A stretch of 64,000 bases of DNA from the NCBI GenBank assembly GCA_963773345.1, contig CAVZBG010000001.1:39306-103305 (forward strand), in the 5' to 3' direction. Positions 50,169 to 60,215 of the stretch are shown here, piece by piece. Position 1 is the first letter of the stretch; each line of letters starts with the position of its first letter. The position numbers and the translations under genes were made by a program. This DNA comes from an uncultured Alphaproteobacteria bacterium. Lineage in GTDB: Bacteria; Pseudomonadota; Alphaproteobacteria; Acetobacterales; Acetobacteraceae. Below the pieces are notes generated by a model that was not told the origin of the DNA, ran no database searches, and was given only the letters and a program-made list of their open reading frames with translations.

Positions 50169-50803
50169 TGAGTCCAGGCACGCCCCATGTTCTGCACGGT
50201 AACCAGTGACCGGGATAGCCGGCAGCCTCGGAATCTACTCAGAGCACTTCATCAAGCGGTCATCGGTCCTCTAGGATGGCTCCCCCGCACGTCCGCTTTC
50301 CAGGCGTCCACATTGCTCGGGCCGAACACGAGCAAGCACCGCTTCGGTCACAAACGGCCCGGCGCCCCGGTTGACCCGAGGGTCCGGTACGGGCCGATCC
50401 TCAGGGCCGATCCTCGCGGTAGCCGCCCTGCCGCCACTTTGGGTCGAATCCGGCCGCTCTGGCCAAGCGACGCGGCGACCGCGTCTGCATGTCGGCAACC
50501 ACCACTCAAGCCACCACCCCACCCCACCAGCAATTCTAATTTTGTCGCACTGACGTTGTCCCAACGTCATGGCGGCGCCTGATCGCGTGCATGGCTGAGG
50601 CATGCTGCGGCCATCTGGGGTCATTTGGCCTGGCGGATGGCCGGAGCCGACTACGGCGAAGGCTGGGACAAGGACCCGTCGATGACGGTGAGGGCGTGCA
50701 CGACCCAGCCAAGATGAGAGTTGCCGACGAGCAGGCGGCAAGTCTCGATTTGGGCTTTCATGGTTTGGCAGGTGGGCAAGCGACGTCAGAAGGGTGACAA
50801 CGG

Positions 50804-52114
50804 TCACGGCGGGATCGGCGGCGGCTTTGCGAAGGCAAGAGTGAGGAGCAAATCGTCCCAGGACGGGAAGATGAGAAACGTCGTGATCGCCGCGAGCTTG
50901 CCGAAGAAGTTGTAGCGCGGGCCGAGCTTTGCCCTTGCCGCGCGCCAGAGTTCATCACCGATGTCGCAGATCGTATGGATCGCGAAGGCCAGCAGGTTCA
51001 AGCTCACCAGGATGGCTGCGAGATTCTTCTTCCCGTGTCCGAAGCTGTGTTCAAGGTTGTAGCCCTTGTTCTTCAGAACGTTGAACGTCTCGTTCTCGAT
51101 CTTCCACCTCGCCCGGCCGCAGGCGGCGAGTTCAACGACATGGTCGGGGCCAACCGGCAGATCAGTGACGAAGCTGTTGCGATACGTCGTCTCACCGTTG
51201 GCGTTGATGATCTCGATCTCGAACCAGTTGACCATGAGCGCGTCCTTGCCGTCGCGCAGCGGGACGTCATGGAGCCAGCGGTAGCGATGGACGAAGCGCT
51301 GCTTGCCGCGCTTGACCGTCGTCTCGACCGCCGGCAGGTCGATCCCGGTCAGGTACTCCTGGATCAGTGGATGCGATGACGGCTTGCAGACGAAGATGAA
51401 ATGCCTGCCGGCGTCCAGCACCGCCTGGCAGAGCGGTTGGCGGGAGAACAGATCGTCACCCAAAAACACCGGATCAAGCGCCGCGTAGCGTCTTCCATGG
51501 GCGGCAAGCCAGCGCTTGGCGGCCATATTCTCGCAATCCTGCTTCTCCGCCCCATCCTGCGGGACAATGAATTCCGGCTCCAGCGGGATGACCTTGCCGT
51601 GCCCGGGTGCCACCAGTGTCGCCGCCAGCATGGCATGGAAATATTCAGTCTCATCCTTGCCTCTGAGCCGGGTCGAGCAGTGTGGGCAATGGATGTTGCG
51701 CGAACAATGATACTCCGTGCCGTCGAGCGCGATCAGCACGCGCCCGCCGAGCCGGCGGAACATATCAAGCCCGCCGTCGATCCGCTCAAGCTGGCCGACG
51801 GCTTCGGCGAACATCGGATGCAGCAGGGTCGGTGAGGCGGGGTCGAGCATGTCACGAATGTGATTGTCGCTCGGGACCTTCGAGAGGCCGAACAGGCTGG
51901 TGCAGTTGGAACGCCCATGACCCGCTTCGAACTGCCGCTGATGGGCCAGAAACGACGGGCTCTGCATGAAAAACACCGAGAAAGCCGCCATGCCAATCTC
52001 GCCCATGCCGTAGGACGTGTTGATCCCCCGACGCTTGTCCGGAAACGCGTCCAGGCATGATCGCAATGAGCCGAGCAGCGAATCGAGCAGGCGCATGCCC
52101 ACCAGGAATCGCAT
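50804..52114 (-). CDS. DDE transposase (IS4-like superfamily; exact IS family not assigned)
   Basis: 436-aa intact [14 protein letters not shown]...HCPHCS...FLGDDLFS...[28 protein letters not shown] could not identify terminal repeats. Confidence 0.7.
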   Translation of the reverse strand: MRFLVGMRLLDSLLGSLRSCLDAFPDKRRGINTSYGMGEIGMAAFSVFFMQSPSFLAHQRQFEAGHGRSNCTSLFGLSKVPSDNHIRDMLDPASPTLLHPMFAEAVGQLERIDGGLDMFRRLGGRVLIALDGTEYHCSRNIHCPHCSTRLRGKDETEYFHAMLAATLVAPGHGKVIPLEPEFIVPQDGAEKQDCENMAAKRWLAAHGRRYAALDPVFLGDDLFSRQPLCQAVLDAGRHFIFVCKPSSHPLIQEYLTGIDLPAVETTVKRGKQRFVHRYRWLHDVPLRDGKDALMVNWFEIEIINANGETTYRNSFVTDLPVGPDHVVELAACGRARWKIENETFNVLKNKGYNLEHSFGHGKKNLAAILVSLNLLAFAIHTICDIGDELWRAARAKLGPRYNFFGKLAAITTFLIFPSWDDLLLTLAFAKPPPIPP

Positions 52115-52308
52115 TCCTCGGGCGTTGCGAATCCCCTATTTCGACGCCGACACACGTTTCATGCCAACTGTGGCTTTTTGGACTCGCCACGACGCTGCAA
52201 CCGAGACTCAATCGCATTGAGAACTGCTGCCACCCCACGGCCAAACTTGACCTGCCGCACCCCGGCGCCCATGTTCCGCGCCGCCAGCCAACCACCCATC
52301 GAGGCCTG

Positions 52309-52527
52309 ATGTCGAAAGAAGACATGATCGAGTTCAGTGGCACGGTCACCGAACTGCTGCCCAACGCCATGTTCCGGGTAAAACTCGACAACGAACACCA
52401 GATCCTGGCGCACACCAGCGGCAAGATGCGCAAGAACCGCATCCGCGTGCTGGCCGGCGATCGGGTCAATGTCGAGATGACCCCCTACGACCTGTCCAAG
52501 GGGCGGATCACCTTCCGGTTCAAGTGA
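52309..52527 (+). CDS. infA: Translation initiation factor IF-1
   Basis: [72 protein letters not shown]. Confidence 0.97.
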   Translation: MSKEDMIEFSGTVTELLPNAMFRVKLDNEHQILAHTSGKMRKNRIRVLAGDRVNVEMTPYDLSKGRITFRFK

Positions 52528-53099
52528 ACGAACCGAGGCTGGTCCTGGCCTCCGCCAGCCCGCGGCGGCTGGCACTTCTGGCGCAGATCGGCCTCACTCC
52601 CGACCGCGTCCTTCACCCCGAGATCGACGAAACCCCCCTGCCGCGCGAACTGCCGCGGGCGCATGCGGAACGCCTGGCGCGCGCCAAGGCGGACGCGGTG
52701 GACGCGCCCGGTTGCTTCGTGCTGGCGGCCGATACCGTCGTCGCCGCCGGCCGGCGCATCCTGCCGAAGGCGGCGACCGAGGCCGAGGCACGTGCCTGCC
52801 TGACCCTGCTGTCCGGCCGCCGCCACCGGGTGATGACCGCCGTCGTGCTGCGCGCGCCGGATGGGCGCCGCGCACAGCGGCTGGTCGAGAGCGTCGTCGG
52901 CTTCGCGCGCCTGACCCCGGGCCAGGTGCGCGCCTACCTTGCGTCCGGCGAATGGCAGGGCAACGCCGGGGGCTATGCCATCCAGGGCCACGCCGCGTCG
53001 TTCATCCGCTTTTTGTCGGGCAGCTACTCCAACGTGGTTGGGCTGCCGCTGTTCGAGACGGCGCAACTGCTGCGCGGCCTCGGCTGGCCGATGCCGTGA
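52524..53099 (+). CDS. maf: Maf family nucleotide pyrophosphatase
   Basis: GTG start overlapping the infA stop. [14 protein letters not shown]...LAADTVV...GGYAIQG...VVGLPL. Confidence 0.9.
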   Translation: MNEPRLVLASASPRRLALLAQIGLTPDRVLHPEIDETPLPRELPRAHAERLARAKADAVDAPGCFVLAADTVVAAGRRILPKAATEAEARACLTLLSGRRHRVMTAVVLRAPDGRRAQRLVESVVGFARLTPGQVRAYLASGEWQGNAGGYAIQGHAASFIRFLSGSYSNVVGLPLFETAQLLRGLGWPMP

Positions 53100-53127
53100 G
53101 CGGGGAGCAGATTCGCCGTGGCCGCCG

Positions 53128-53294
53128 TACACCTCTCCCGCTCTTCGCGGGGTTGGGCCGCGAAGCGGACCGACGCGAGGCGCACAGCGCCGAGGGTGAG
53201 GGTCGTGCCGCGCGGACCACCCTCATCCTGAGCGCTCCGCGCTCCGCGTCGGTCCGCTTCGCGGCCCAACCCGGCGAAGAGCGGGAGAGGTGTA
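53128..53294. repeat. Large palindromic intergenic element (about 48-bp arms with an inner nested inverted repeat)
   Basis: tacacctctcccgctcttcgcggggttgggccgcgaagcggaccgacgcg ... cgcgtcggtccgcttcgcggcccaacccggcgaagagcgggagaggtgta. Confidence 0.9.
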
Positions 53295-53340
53295 CCCCGC
53301 GCCGCCGACCCGGACATGCTCGATATCTTTCGACAGCCTA

Positions 53341-54474
53341 ATGAGTTCGTCCGCCATGACGCTGGCGATCCGTGCCGCCTGCTCGCCGGGCGAGGTCCGC
53401 ATCGCGGTCACCCGCGACGGCACGCTGCTCGATTTCGCACTCTGGCGTCCCGGCCAGCCCGATGGGGTCGGCGATCTGCACCGCGGCCGGATCATCGCTC
53501 GCGTTCCGGCCATGGCGGGGGCCTTCGTGGCACTGGACGGTGCCGACGGCTTCCTGCCCGATACCGACGGCGCCGCGGGCGCCACGGCTGGGGCCATCCT
53601 CGGCGTACGGATCACCCGCGCCGCCCAGGGCGGCAAGGGGGCCCGGCTGACCGCCGCGCTCGACACCGCCGAGCAGGCACTGATCGGCAACGGTCCGCCG
53701 GCACTGATCCGCCGTGGCCCCGGGGAATTGGTGCGTCTCGCCGCGCTCCACCCCGACGCGCCGGTGCTGGTGGACGACGCCCACCTGGCCACCACACTGC
53801 GCCCGGCGCTGGGCGCGCGACTGTCCGTGGTGGGCACCGCGTTCGACGCCGATCTCGCCGCCCGAGTCGCCGCGCTGGCTGATCCGGTCGTGGATCTTCC
53901 CGGTGGCGCACGCCTGTCGATCCATCCGACGCCGGCGCTGACCGCGATCGACGTCGACGCCGGTGCGGCGACCGCCGTGCGCGTCGCCAAGGAAGCGGCG
54001 CAGCTTGCGCTGAACCGCGCCATCCTGCCGGCCCTCGCGACCGAGATCCGCCTGCGCAACCTGTCCGGCGCCATCCTGGTCGATCTCGCCGGCCTGCCGG
54101 CGCGACGGCGCGCGGTACTCGGCCCCGACCTGGCCAACGCCCTGGCCGCCGACCCATTGCACCCGCGCCTGCTGGGGTTCACCCGGCTGGGCCTGGCCGA
54201 GATCGTCCGCCCGCGCATCCACCCGCCCCTGCATGAACTGCTGGCCGGGCCGCACGCCGCGGGCCTCGCCGCGCTGCGTCAGGCCGCGACGGACATCGCT
54301 GCCGACCCGGCGCGCCCCCTGGCGCTGCGCGCCGCCCCGCCCGTCGTGGCCGCGCTGCAGGCCGATCCGGTTGCGCTCGACGACCTGGCCCGCCGCGCCG
54401 GGCGCAAGCTGAAGCTGCGCGCCGACCCGTCGCTGCCGGCCAACGCGTGGCTGCTGGAGCCGATATCCTCGTAG
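53341..54474 (+). CDS. Ribonuclease E/G family protein (short RNase G-like); start uncertain
   Basis: GDLHRGRIIARVPAMAGAFVALDGADGFLP (S1-like), LTAIDVDAG, ILVDLAG. The position after maf is conserved in alphaproteobacteria as far as I recall. Confidence 0.7.
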   Translation: MSSSAMTLAIRAACSPGEVRIAVTRDGTLLDFALWRPGQPDGVGDLHRGRIIARVPAMAGAFVALDGADGFLPDTDGAAGATAGAILGVRITRAAQGGKGARLTAALDTAEQALIGNGPPALIRRGPGELVRLAALHPDAPVLVDDAHLATTLRPALGARLSVVGTAFDADLAARVAALADPVVDLPGGARLSIHPTPALTAIDVDAGAATAVRVAKEAAQLALNRAILPALATEIRLRNLSGAILVDLAGLPARRRAVLGPDLANALAADPLHPRLLGFTRLGLAEIVRPRIHPPLHELLAGPHAAGLAALRQAATDIAADPARPLALRAAPPVVAALQADPVALDDLARRAGRKLKLRADPSLPANAWLLEPISS

Positions 54475-54638
54475 GGCGGGTTTGCAACCTGCTGGCCTCC
54501 AGCGAAGGTCGCGGCGACGATTCGTCATGCTCCCCCACCCATCGGCCCGAGCCCCCATCCGTTCCGGTCATGACGCATCGCAAGCGGTAAATCTCGCCCG
54601 CGTCGCGCGGATCTGGAACCCGTCGCCATCCGATCCAA

Positions 54639-54911
54639 ATGGTGATGACCAGCCGCGGCCGCACACGCCGCGCAGCAACAAGCCAGGAAATTCCCGCCTT
54701 GACGACCCCTCCGATCGCCCAGCCCGCCACGCCTCCCCTCGGGCGCTGCCCGATCTGCAACCGTCCCGCCGTCCCCGCGAGTCGCCCGTTCTGCAGCCCG
54801 CGCTGCGCCGAGGTCGATCTCGGGCGCTGGCTCACGGGCCACTATGTCGTGCCCGGCCCCCCGGCTGACCTGGACGACGACCCGCCGCCGGCGCCGGACC
54901 GCAGCGCTTGA
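54639..54911 (+). CDS. yacG: DNA gyrase inhibitor YacG (zinc-ribbon); true start probably further downstream
   Basis: [29 protein letters not shown]. Confidence 0.75.
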   Translation: MVMTSRGRTRRAATSQEIPALTTPPIAQPATPPLGRCPICNRPAVPASRPFCSPRCAEVDLGRWLTGHYVVPGPPADLDDDPPPAPDRSA

Positions 54912-54965
54912 TCGCCTGACCCCCTTGCGGTATCCCCCAACGCGTCGTGCATGCTGCGCGCGAAT

Positions 54966-55041
54966 GCCCAGGTAGCTCAGTTGGTAGAGCATGCGACTGA
55001 AAATCGCAGTGTCGGTGGTTCGATTCCGCCCCTGGGCACCA
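54966..55041 (+). tRNA. tRNA-Phe (anticodon GAA), CCA encoded
   Basis: Hand-folded cloverleaf. Acceptor GCCCAGG/CCTGGGC, D arm GCTC..GAGC, anticodon arm TGCGA-CTGAAAA-TCGCA, T arm GGTGG-TTCGATT-CCGCC. Confidence 0.95.
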
Positions 55042-55139
55042 CTCTAACTCCCGAATATATCAGCATATTCTGGGTTTTCTGAATCTCATCGCCGTTTTCG
55101 TCAGACCAGCGTCTGTGTAATTCCTGTGTAAATGGGGCA

Positions 55140-56342
55140 TCAGGAAGCGCGTGCCGATCTCTTTTTCGGTCGATAGCGATCATCGAGCTTATCCATCGCT
55201 TCCGCGATATGGGAGCCGGACTGGTGGGCGTACCGCTCGACCATCGCCATGGTCTTATGGCCGCTGATGCGCTTGACGGTTGGCAGATCGACTCCCGCCT
55301 GAACCAAGTGCGTGATGGCGGTATGACGGAGGGTGTGGCGGACGACCTGCTTGGGGTCGAGGCCCGCGGCGGTCACCGCGCGCACAAACGCCTTGCGGAC
55401 ATCGACCGTATGCCCCTGCAAGGCTCCCACCGAAGGAAACAGCCAGGGCGTGCCCTTCGGCAAGGTGTCGATGTATTCGGTCAGGAACGAAGCCAGGTCA
55501 GCCGAAATCGGCTGCGTGCGGGCACCCGCTTTCGCCGCGGGGACATAAATTGACCTCGCGTCAAGGTTCACGTGCTCACGGCGAATGGCAAGGATTTCCG
55601 ACTTGCGCATCCCCGTCCGCAGTCCAATCAGTATGAACGGATAAATCTGACGATTTTGGTCTGACTTGGCGCCCTCCAACAGGGCCGTCGCCTGGACCGG
55701 GGACAGGTAGACGATACGACCGTTGTCCTCTTTCAGCTTCCGTATTTTCGCCGGCTGCCGCTCGGTCCAGCCCCATTCGACCGCCTTGTTGAGCAGGTGC
55801 GACAGAGTCGCCAACTCGCGGTTGACGGTGGCCGGTTTGTTCATTTGCAGTGGTTGCCCCGTCACCGGTTTCTTGCGGGTCTGGACAGGCTGGCTGAGGC
55901 GATGCTTCTTGTAACGTTCGATATCGGAGCTGGTGATCTGGCCGATCTGAAGTTCTCCCAGGAATGGGACAAGGCACTGCTGGAGCCGTTGGCGCTTGCG
56001 GTCAATTTCCCTTCCCCCTTCCTCACGAAGGCGGTCGAGATAAAGCGGTGCTGCCGCAGCGAGTGTTAATGGCACCTTTCTGCGCTTCGGCAGGTGCAAT
56101 CGACCTTCCCGCGCATCGTGACGGACTTTCGAGATGAAGTCTTCCGCCGTGGTTCTGGTGACGCCATCTGATTCACGGCCGAGATTTCGATGGATACGCT
56201 TTCCGTCCACCATGACGTTGACCGAGAACAGGCCGTCACCATTGCCCAGTCGTTCGAACGTAATACCCTGTTCACTCAGACGTTCGCCCGGCTGTAGGGC
56301 GCGTGTCCTCGTACGAGTGATCTTGCTAAAGGTTCGGGTCAT
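55140..56342 (-). CDS. Tyrosine-type site-specific integrase
   Basis: 400-aa ORF 98 nt from the tRNA-Phe 3' end, with an N-terminal SAM-like domain. Catalytic-domain motifs include GLRTGMRKSEILAIR...HTLRHTAITHLV...ISGHKT..MVERYAH. Confidence 0.9.
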   Translation of the reverse strand: MTRTFSKITRTRTRALQPGERLSEQGITFERLGNGDGLFSVNVMVDGKRIHRNLGRESDGVTRTTAEDFISKVRHDAREGRLHLPKRRKVPLTLAAAAPLYLDRLREEGGREIDRKRQRLQQCLVPFLGELQIGQITSSDIERYKKHRLSQPVQTRKKPVTGQPLQMNKPATVNRELATLSHLLNKAVEWGWTERQPAKIRKLKEDNGRIVYLSPVQATALLEGAKSDQNRQIYPFILIGLRTGMRKSEILAIRREHVNLDARSIYVPAAKAGARTQPISADLASFLTEYIDTLPKGTPWLFPSVGALQGHTVDVRKAFVRAVTAAGLDPKQVVRHTLRHTAITHLVQAGVDLPTVKRISGHKTMAMVERYAHQSGSHIAEAMDKLDDRYRPKKRSARAS

Positions 56343-56357
56343 TTGCCCCTCGACTGG

Positions 56358-56921
56358 TCAAAACGGAATTTCATCGTCGAGATCGGCCCCAGGTACCGCA
56401 GCCTCCGTCTTCGCCGGAGGCCGATTCACCCTTTGCCACCTAGGGAGGGCCGTCGCGGCTTGGCTTCCGCTGGCGACGGCCCTGAAAACGGGCCAGTGTT
56501 CGCGAAGCCGGTCCCAAATCATGGACTCTTCCTTGACTTGCCAGGTCCATTCCGGCGGCGTGCCGGAAAAGCGGCCCCTCCATACGACGCCATTTTCGCG
56601 CACCAACTTCCACACCAATTGCTCTTCGTGGGTCAGCAGATCAGGGTAGCTTAACGCGAGCCGGACCATGCGATCAGGTTCATCGAGGTCCCACAGGTGT
56701 TGAGCCCGCTCAGCATCCGCGACGGATACGCCCTCGCCGTTGATCGGCTCTTCGAGCCAAACCCGGGATAGGCTCTGTTCGACCGCCCATTCGATGTAGC
56801 TGCTCAGCGGGCGGCGGTGCTTCCGCGCTGCCAGCTCAGCCAGATACTTCAGTTTCGGATCGAGGCGGACGGTGACCACCTCCGACTTCTTTCCGGCGCC
56901 TTCATCCCGACTGCGCTTCAT
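56358..56921 (-). CDS. Ribbon-helix-helix-like island protein ending in an SSB-tip-like DLDDEIPF tail
   Basis: N-terminal VVTVRLDPKLKYLAELAARKHRRPLSSYIEWAV (CopG/RHH-like). The C-terminus is ...AVPGADLDDEIPF*. The stop lies 15 nt upstream of the integrase ATG. Confidence 0.6.
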   Translation of the reverse strand: MKRSRDEGAGKKSEVVTVRLDPKLKYLAELAARKHRRPLSSYIEWAVEQSLSRVWLEEPINGEGVSVADAERAQHLWDLDEPDRMVRLALSYPDLLTHEEQLVWKLVRENGVVWRGRFSGTPPEWTWQVKEESMIWDRLREHWPVFRAVASGSQAATALPRWQRVNRPPAKTEAAVPGADLDDEIPF

Positions 56922-57048
56922 CCCGTGAAAATCCCCGTGTCATAAGTTCCAGGAACTACGCGGAGCCATATAGCATACGTGTAGGCGATTGCAATACGCG
57001 AAGGTTTGTATCCTACTGTTTTCGTCCTGTTCCTGCTGGAGTCGCGCG

Positions 57049-57288
57049 ATGCAGATCGAGATGGAGAGGGTAAAGGTGGTGATTTACCCGGATGGTCGGC
57101 TAGATACCGACAATGCCGCACGCTTCCTTGGACTGAGTCCAAAAACCTTGGCCATCATGCGTTCAGTCGGAAACGGCCCGCAGTTCGTAAAACGCGGGCG
57201 GGTGTTCTATTTTTTGGACGATCTCCAGGCCTGGATTGCCGAGAGGCCGAAAGTCCGTAGCGCGGCACAAGCGCAACTCGTTGGCTAA
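57049..57288 (+). CDS. AlpA/excisionase-type helix-turn-helix protein
   Basis: LDTDNAARFLGLSPKTLAIMRSVGNGPQFVKRGRVFYFLDDLQAWI. Divergent from the integrase operon. Confidence 0.7.
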   Translation: MQIEMERVKVVIYPDGRLDTDNAARFLGLSPKTLAIMRSVGNGPQFVKRGRVFYFLDDLQAWIAERPKVRSAAQAQLVG

Positions 57289-57659
57289 GGGCGAGAGGCC
57301 CATGGCCGCCATCGAGACCGCCGCTGATCGAAGTCGGGGACGATCGACGTGTCGGTCGAACGCGTTTGCGTGCTGCATGCCGTCAGCCTACTGCGTCAAC
57401 ACTCGCTGCCCGCCATGGCGCCGGTCGGAACTCCGATCCGCACTGGAGGCGTGCCGCGCGCCTGCGAAGGTGGCTGCATGAGGCGCATTCACCCCGCAGT
57501 GGTCGAACTGCTGCTGCTGCTCGCGCTTGCCGCGTGGCTGTGGTTGGCAAGCGGTCTTGGTTGAGCAGTGGGCCGCGATCGGCCCGTCGCTGTCTACGCT
57601 GAGGATCAGTGGATTCGATCGCCTGACATCGGATCGATCGGACTACGGCGCGCATTGCT

Positions 57660-58220
57660 GTGCGAGGCGCCACGGTGACCGCCTTCCAGTTCACCCGCTT
57701 CGTCAAGACCGATGGCCCGCTTACGAAGCGAGTCGCCCTCACGCCAGACGGCAGCGTGAAGAGCGATGGTAGCGCGTGCGTTATGTCGCGCGGTTCGGCG
57801 CATCGCGTGCATCTCGCCGATGTGCAGCATCTCGCCGACCTGATCGGGCAGCTCCAGCCGAATGAGGCCATAGCGACCGGAACCCTGCGTCCCGACCTTC
57901 CCGACACCGTGAAGATCATCACGAAACGGCGCCTGGATGAAATAAATGGTGCTGCGCACCCCGGCACCATTGCTCGCACGGGTGGGCACATCGTCTACCG
58001 GCCAGGTCAACCCGCTTTCGCGCTTCTGGACTTTGACGTGAAGGGCAAGCCTGCCGCGGTTGCGGAGCGGCTCCAGGAGCTCGGCGGTTTCTGGCCTGCG
58101 CTCCGGACCGTCCTGCCGGAACTTGCCTCTACTGGCCGCCTGTATCGGCGCTCCACCAGCGCGGGGCTGTACCGGACAGACACGGGTGAGCCGTTACCAG
58201 GATCAGGTGGTGTGCACCTG
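57660..58220 (+). pseudogene. Island replication/primase-like protein, 5' part (interrupted by transposon)
   Basis: FQFTRFVKTDGPLTKRVALTPDGSVKSDGSACVMSRG...LLDFDVKG...STSAGLYRTDTGEPLPGSGGVHL. The reading frame resumes at 63272 as FVAVQDGQDIERF. Confidence 0.6.
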
Positions 58221-58268
58221 AGCACGATCACGCTGTTTGATGGCCTTGCGGTCGCGGATTTTGATGGG

Positions 58269-58324
58269 CTTCCCGCTTCCGCTTCCCGTTGGCTGTAGGG
58301 AGTGTGGGAAGCGGAAGCGGGAAG
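58269..58324. terminator. Perfect 19-bp-stem hairpin downstream of the transposon ATPase genes
   Basis: cttcccgcttccgcttccc (58269-58287) pairs with gggaagcggaagcgggaag (58306-58324). There is no obvious U-tract. Confidence 0.4.
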
Positions 58325-58423
58325 TGACGTCGGCGTGGTGCCGTGGCGGGGCCTTGTTCGGGGATGCGGTGATGTCGAGAATTATCCCGGCATTGCGTTC
58401 CGCGGGACTGGGAGCGCTGTGGT

Positions 58424-59377
58424 TCAGCGAACGATGAGGCTGTAGCCGTTGGCGGATTTCGTGACGATGCCGGCGGCGATCATGGCGGCGAGGCGTTGGT
58501 AGAGGGTAGTGGCACGAACGCGGCAGGACGCGCGCAGGTCGGGGAATGGCCGTGGCTGGCTGGCGTCGGCGAGAACCGCGGTGATGCGCTGATCGACGGA
58601 CTCCTGATGGACGGAGCGGTTGGGTTGGGGATCGGCCTGGACGGGCCGCAGGGCGAGGGCGTCATCGCGCTGGGCAAGTTCGAGCGTGATGCCGGCGATG
58701 GCCGCGGCGGCGCGATGCTCGACGGTGAGTGCGATGCGATCGTCGGTGTCGCGGCGGAGGTAGAGGTTGGAATCGCCCCAGGCATGGAATTCGGACGAGC
58801 CGCGCAGGGCCTGACCGGCACGGACGGTTCCGGCGCCCTTTCTGGCGTGATGGACGACGGCGATGGCGACGGCGTGGCGCCGCTGCAGTTCGCGCAGGAA
58901 GGCGAGCAGCGGGGCCACGTCGCCGCTGACGTTCTCGTCGATGCGATGCAGGCGCACGAACGGATCGAGGATCAGGAACCTCGGCGTGAGGGTGGCGACG
59001 GTCTGCTCGAGACGCGCGCGGTCGGCGTCGAGATCGAGGCGCAGGCTGGGCGCGGTGATCACCTGGACGTCGAGTTCGGCGAGAGCGGTTCCGGCAGCGG
59101 CACAGATGCCCTCAAGGCGGCGGCGGACGACGTGCAGCGCGTCCTCGGCGGGATAGAGCAGGACCCGACCGGGCCGCGCGACCGCGAAGCGGCGCAGGCA
59201 GGGTGTTCCGGCGGCGACGGCGACAGCCAGATCGAGGGCGAGGAAGGATTTGCAGCATTTGGGCTCGCCGCCGATGATGCCGACGGCTTCCTCGGACCAC
59301 AGCTGATCGACCAGCCAGCGCCGCTGCTCGGGAGCCTCGGCGAGACGCCAGGCCGGCTGGACCGGAAGCTGGGTCAT
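58424..59377 (-). CDS. RecA-fold ATPase (AAA_25/RepA-like)
   Basis: IIGGEPKCCKSFLALDLAVAVAAGTPCL...VLLYPAEDA...LILDPF...VAIAVVHHARK. Confidence 0.65.
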   Translation of the reverse strand: MTQLPVQPAWRLAEAPEQRRWLVDQLWSEEAVGIIGGEPKCCKSFLALDLAVAVAAGTPCLRRFAVARPGRVLLYPAEDALHVVRRRLEGICAAAGTALAELDVQVITAPSLRLDLDADRARLEQTVATLTPRFLILDPFVRLHRIDENVSGDVAPLLAFLRELQRRHAVAIAVVHHARKGAGTVRAGQALRGSSEFHAWGDSNLYLRRDTDDRIALTVEHRAAAAIAGITLELAQRDDALALRPVQADPQPNRSVHQESVDQRITAVLADASQPRPFPDLRASCRVRATTLYQRLAAMIAAGIVTKSANGYSLIVR

Positions 59378-60207
59378 CGGCGGCGGCGGGTCGCCGCCTT
59401 GGCCTCGCTGGTGGCGGGCACGGCGCAGACCTCGAAGAACAATGCCTCGTCGATCTGTCGGGCCTCGCGCTGCGCCGCGGCCTCGAGCAGTTCGGCCGCC
59501 ATGATCATCAGGGCGCGCGGATTGCCCTGCGCATGATCGCAGATGGCCGCGATGACTTCCGCGGTCATCAGGGTGGGCGCGCCGGCCTGCCGGAGGGCGT
59601 GGCTGAGGCAGCCCTGCAGGTCCTGCGGCGATGCGCGTTCGATCGGCAGGCGCACCCGCACGCGGCTGGCGAGTGGGAGGAATTCATCGGAGCGCAGGCG
59701 TTCGGCGAGCCGTCCGTCTCCGGCGAGCACCACGGTCAGCAGGATGTTCGAGTCCAGATCGGTGGAGGCCAACAGACGGAGTTCGGCCATCACCGCGGTC
59801 TGCATCTCCTGCGCCTCGTCGACGACCAGCACGGGCCGGGACAACGTGCCCTGGATGTGGGCCTGCCAGCGCTGGCGCAGGATTTTCGCGCCGGCGAAGC
59901 GATTATGCGGGCGCAATTCGACACCGAAGAGTTCGCCCATCTCGCGATAGAAGTCGGCGATGTTGGCCTGTGGGCGGCTGATCACGCCGACGGTTACGTC
60001 GCGCTGTGTCGCCAATGACGCCGCCAGGATGCGCAAGGTGGCGGATTTGCCGCACCCGGGCGCGCCGGTGACGAGGGCGAAGCCGCCGTCTCCGGCAAGT
60101 TGTTGCACGCGCCAGCAAAACGATTCCAGGCGCGGGGTGACGTGCAGTGCCTCGGTCGGCACGTTGGGGGTGAACGGGTTCCATTTGAGGCCGTAGAGCG
60201 CGAGCAT
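59374..60207 (-). CDS. TniB/ExeA-like AAA+ ATPase (transposition target-selection type)
   Basis: Start MLALYGLKWNPF. Walker A VTGAPGCGKSATL and Walker B VLVVDEAQEM. Confidence 0.75.
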   Translation of the reverse strand: MLALYGLKWNPFTPNVPTEALHVTPRLESFCWRVQQLAGDGGFALVTGAPGCGKSATLRILAASLATQRDVTVGVISRPQANIADFYREMGELFGVELRPHNRFAGAKILRQRWQAHIQGTLSRPVLVVDEAQEMQTAVMAELRLLASTDLDSNILLTVVLAGDGRLAERLRSDEFLPLASRVRVRLPIERASPQDLQGCLSHALRQAGAPTLMTAEVIAAICDHAQGNPRALMIMAAELLEAAAQREARQIDEALFFEVCAVPATSEAKAATRRRR

Positions 60208-60215
60208 CTTGTTGT

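Noticed and set aside
50190-50803. Search for terminal inverted repeats or a second gene belonging to the DDE transposase at 50804-52114
   Set aside because: I could not find matching inverted repeats between 50190-50803 and 52115-52300. Only short tandem duplications (ggccgatcctc twice near 50390-50420) and unassignable small ORFs are present. The element boundaries are left undefined.
57349-57564. Small ORF ending in a hydrophobic helix (MRRIHPAVVELLLLLALAAWLWLASGLG) in the island between the Xis-like and primase-like genes
   Set aside because: It is plausible as a small membrane peptide. However, it has no ribosome-binding site that I could identify and no family signature, and several overlapping ORFs of similar length exist in this GC-rich stretch.
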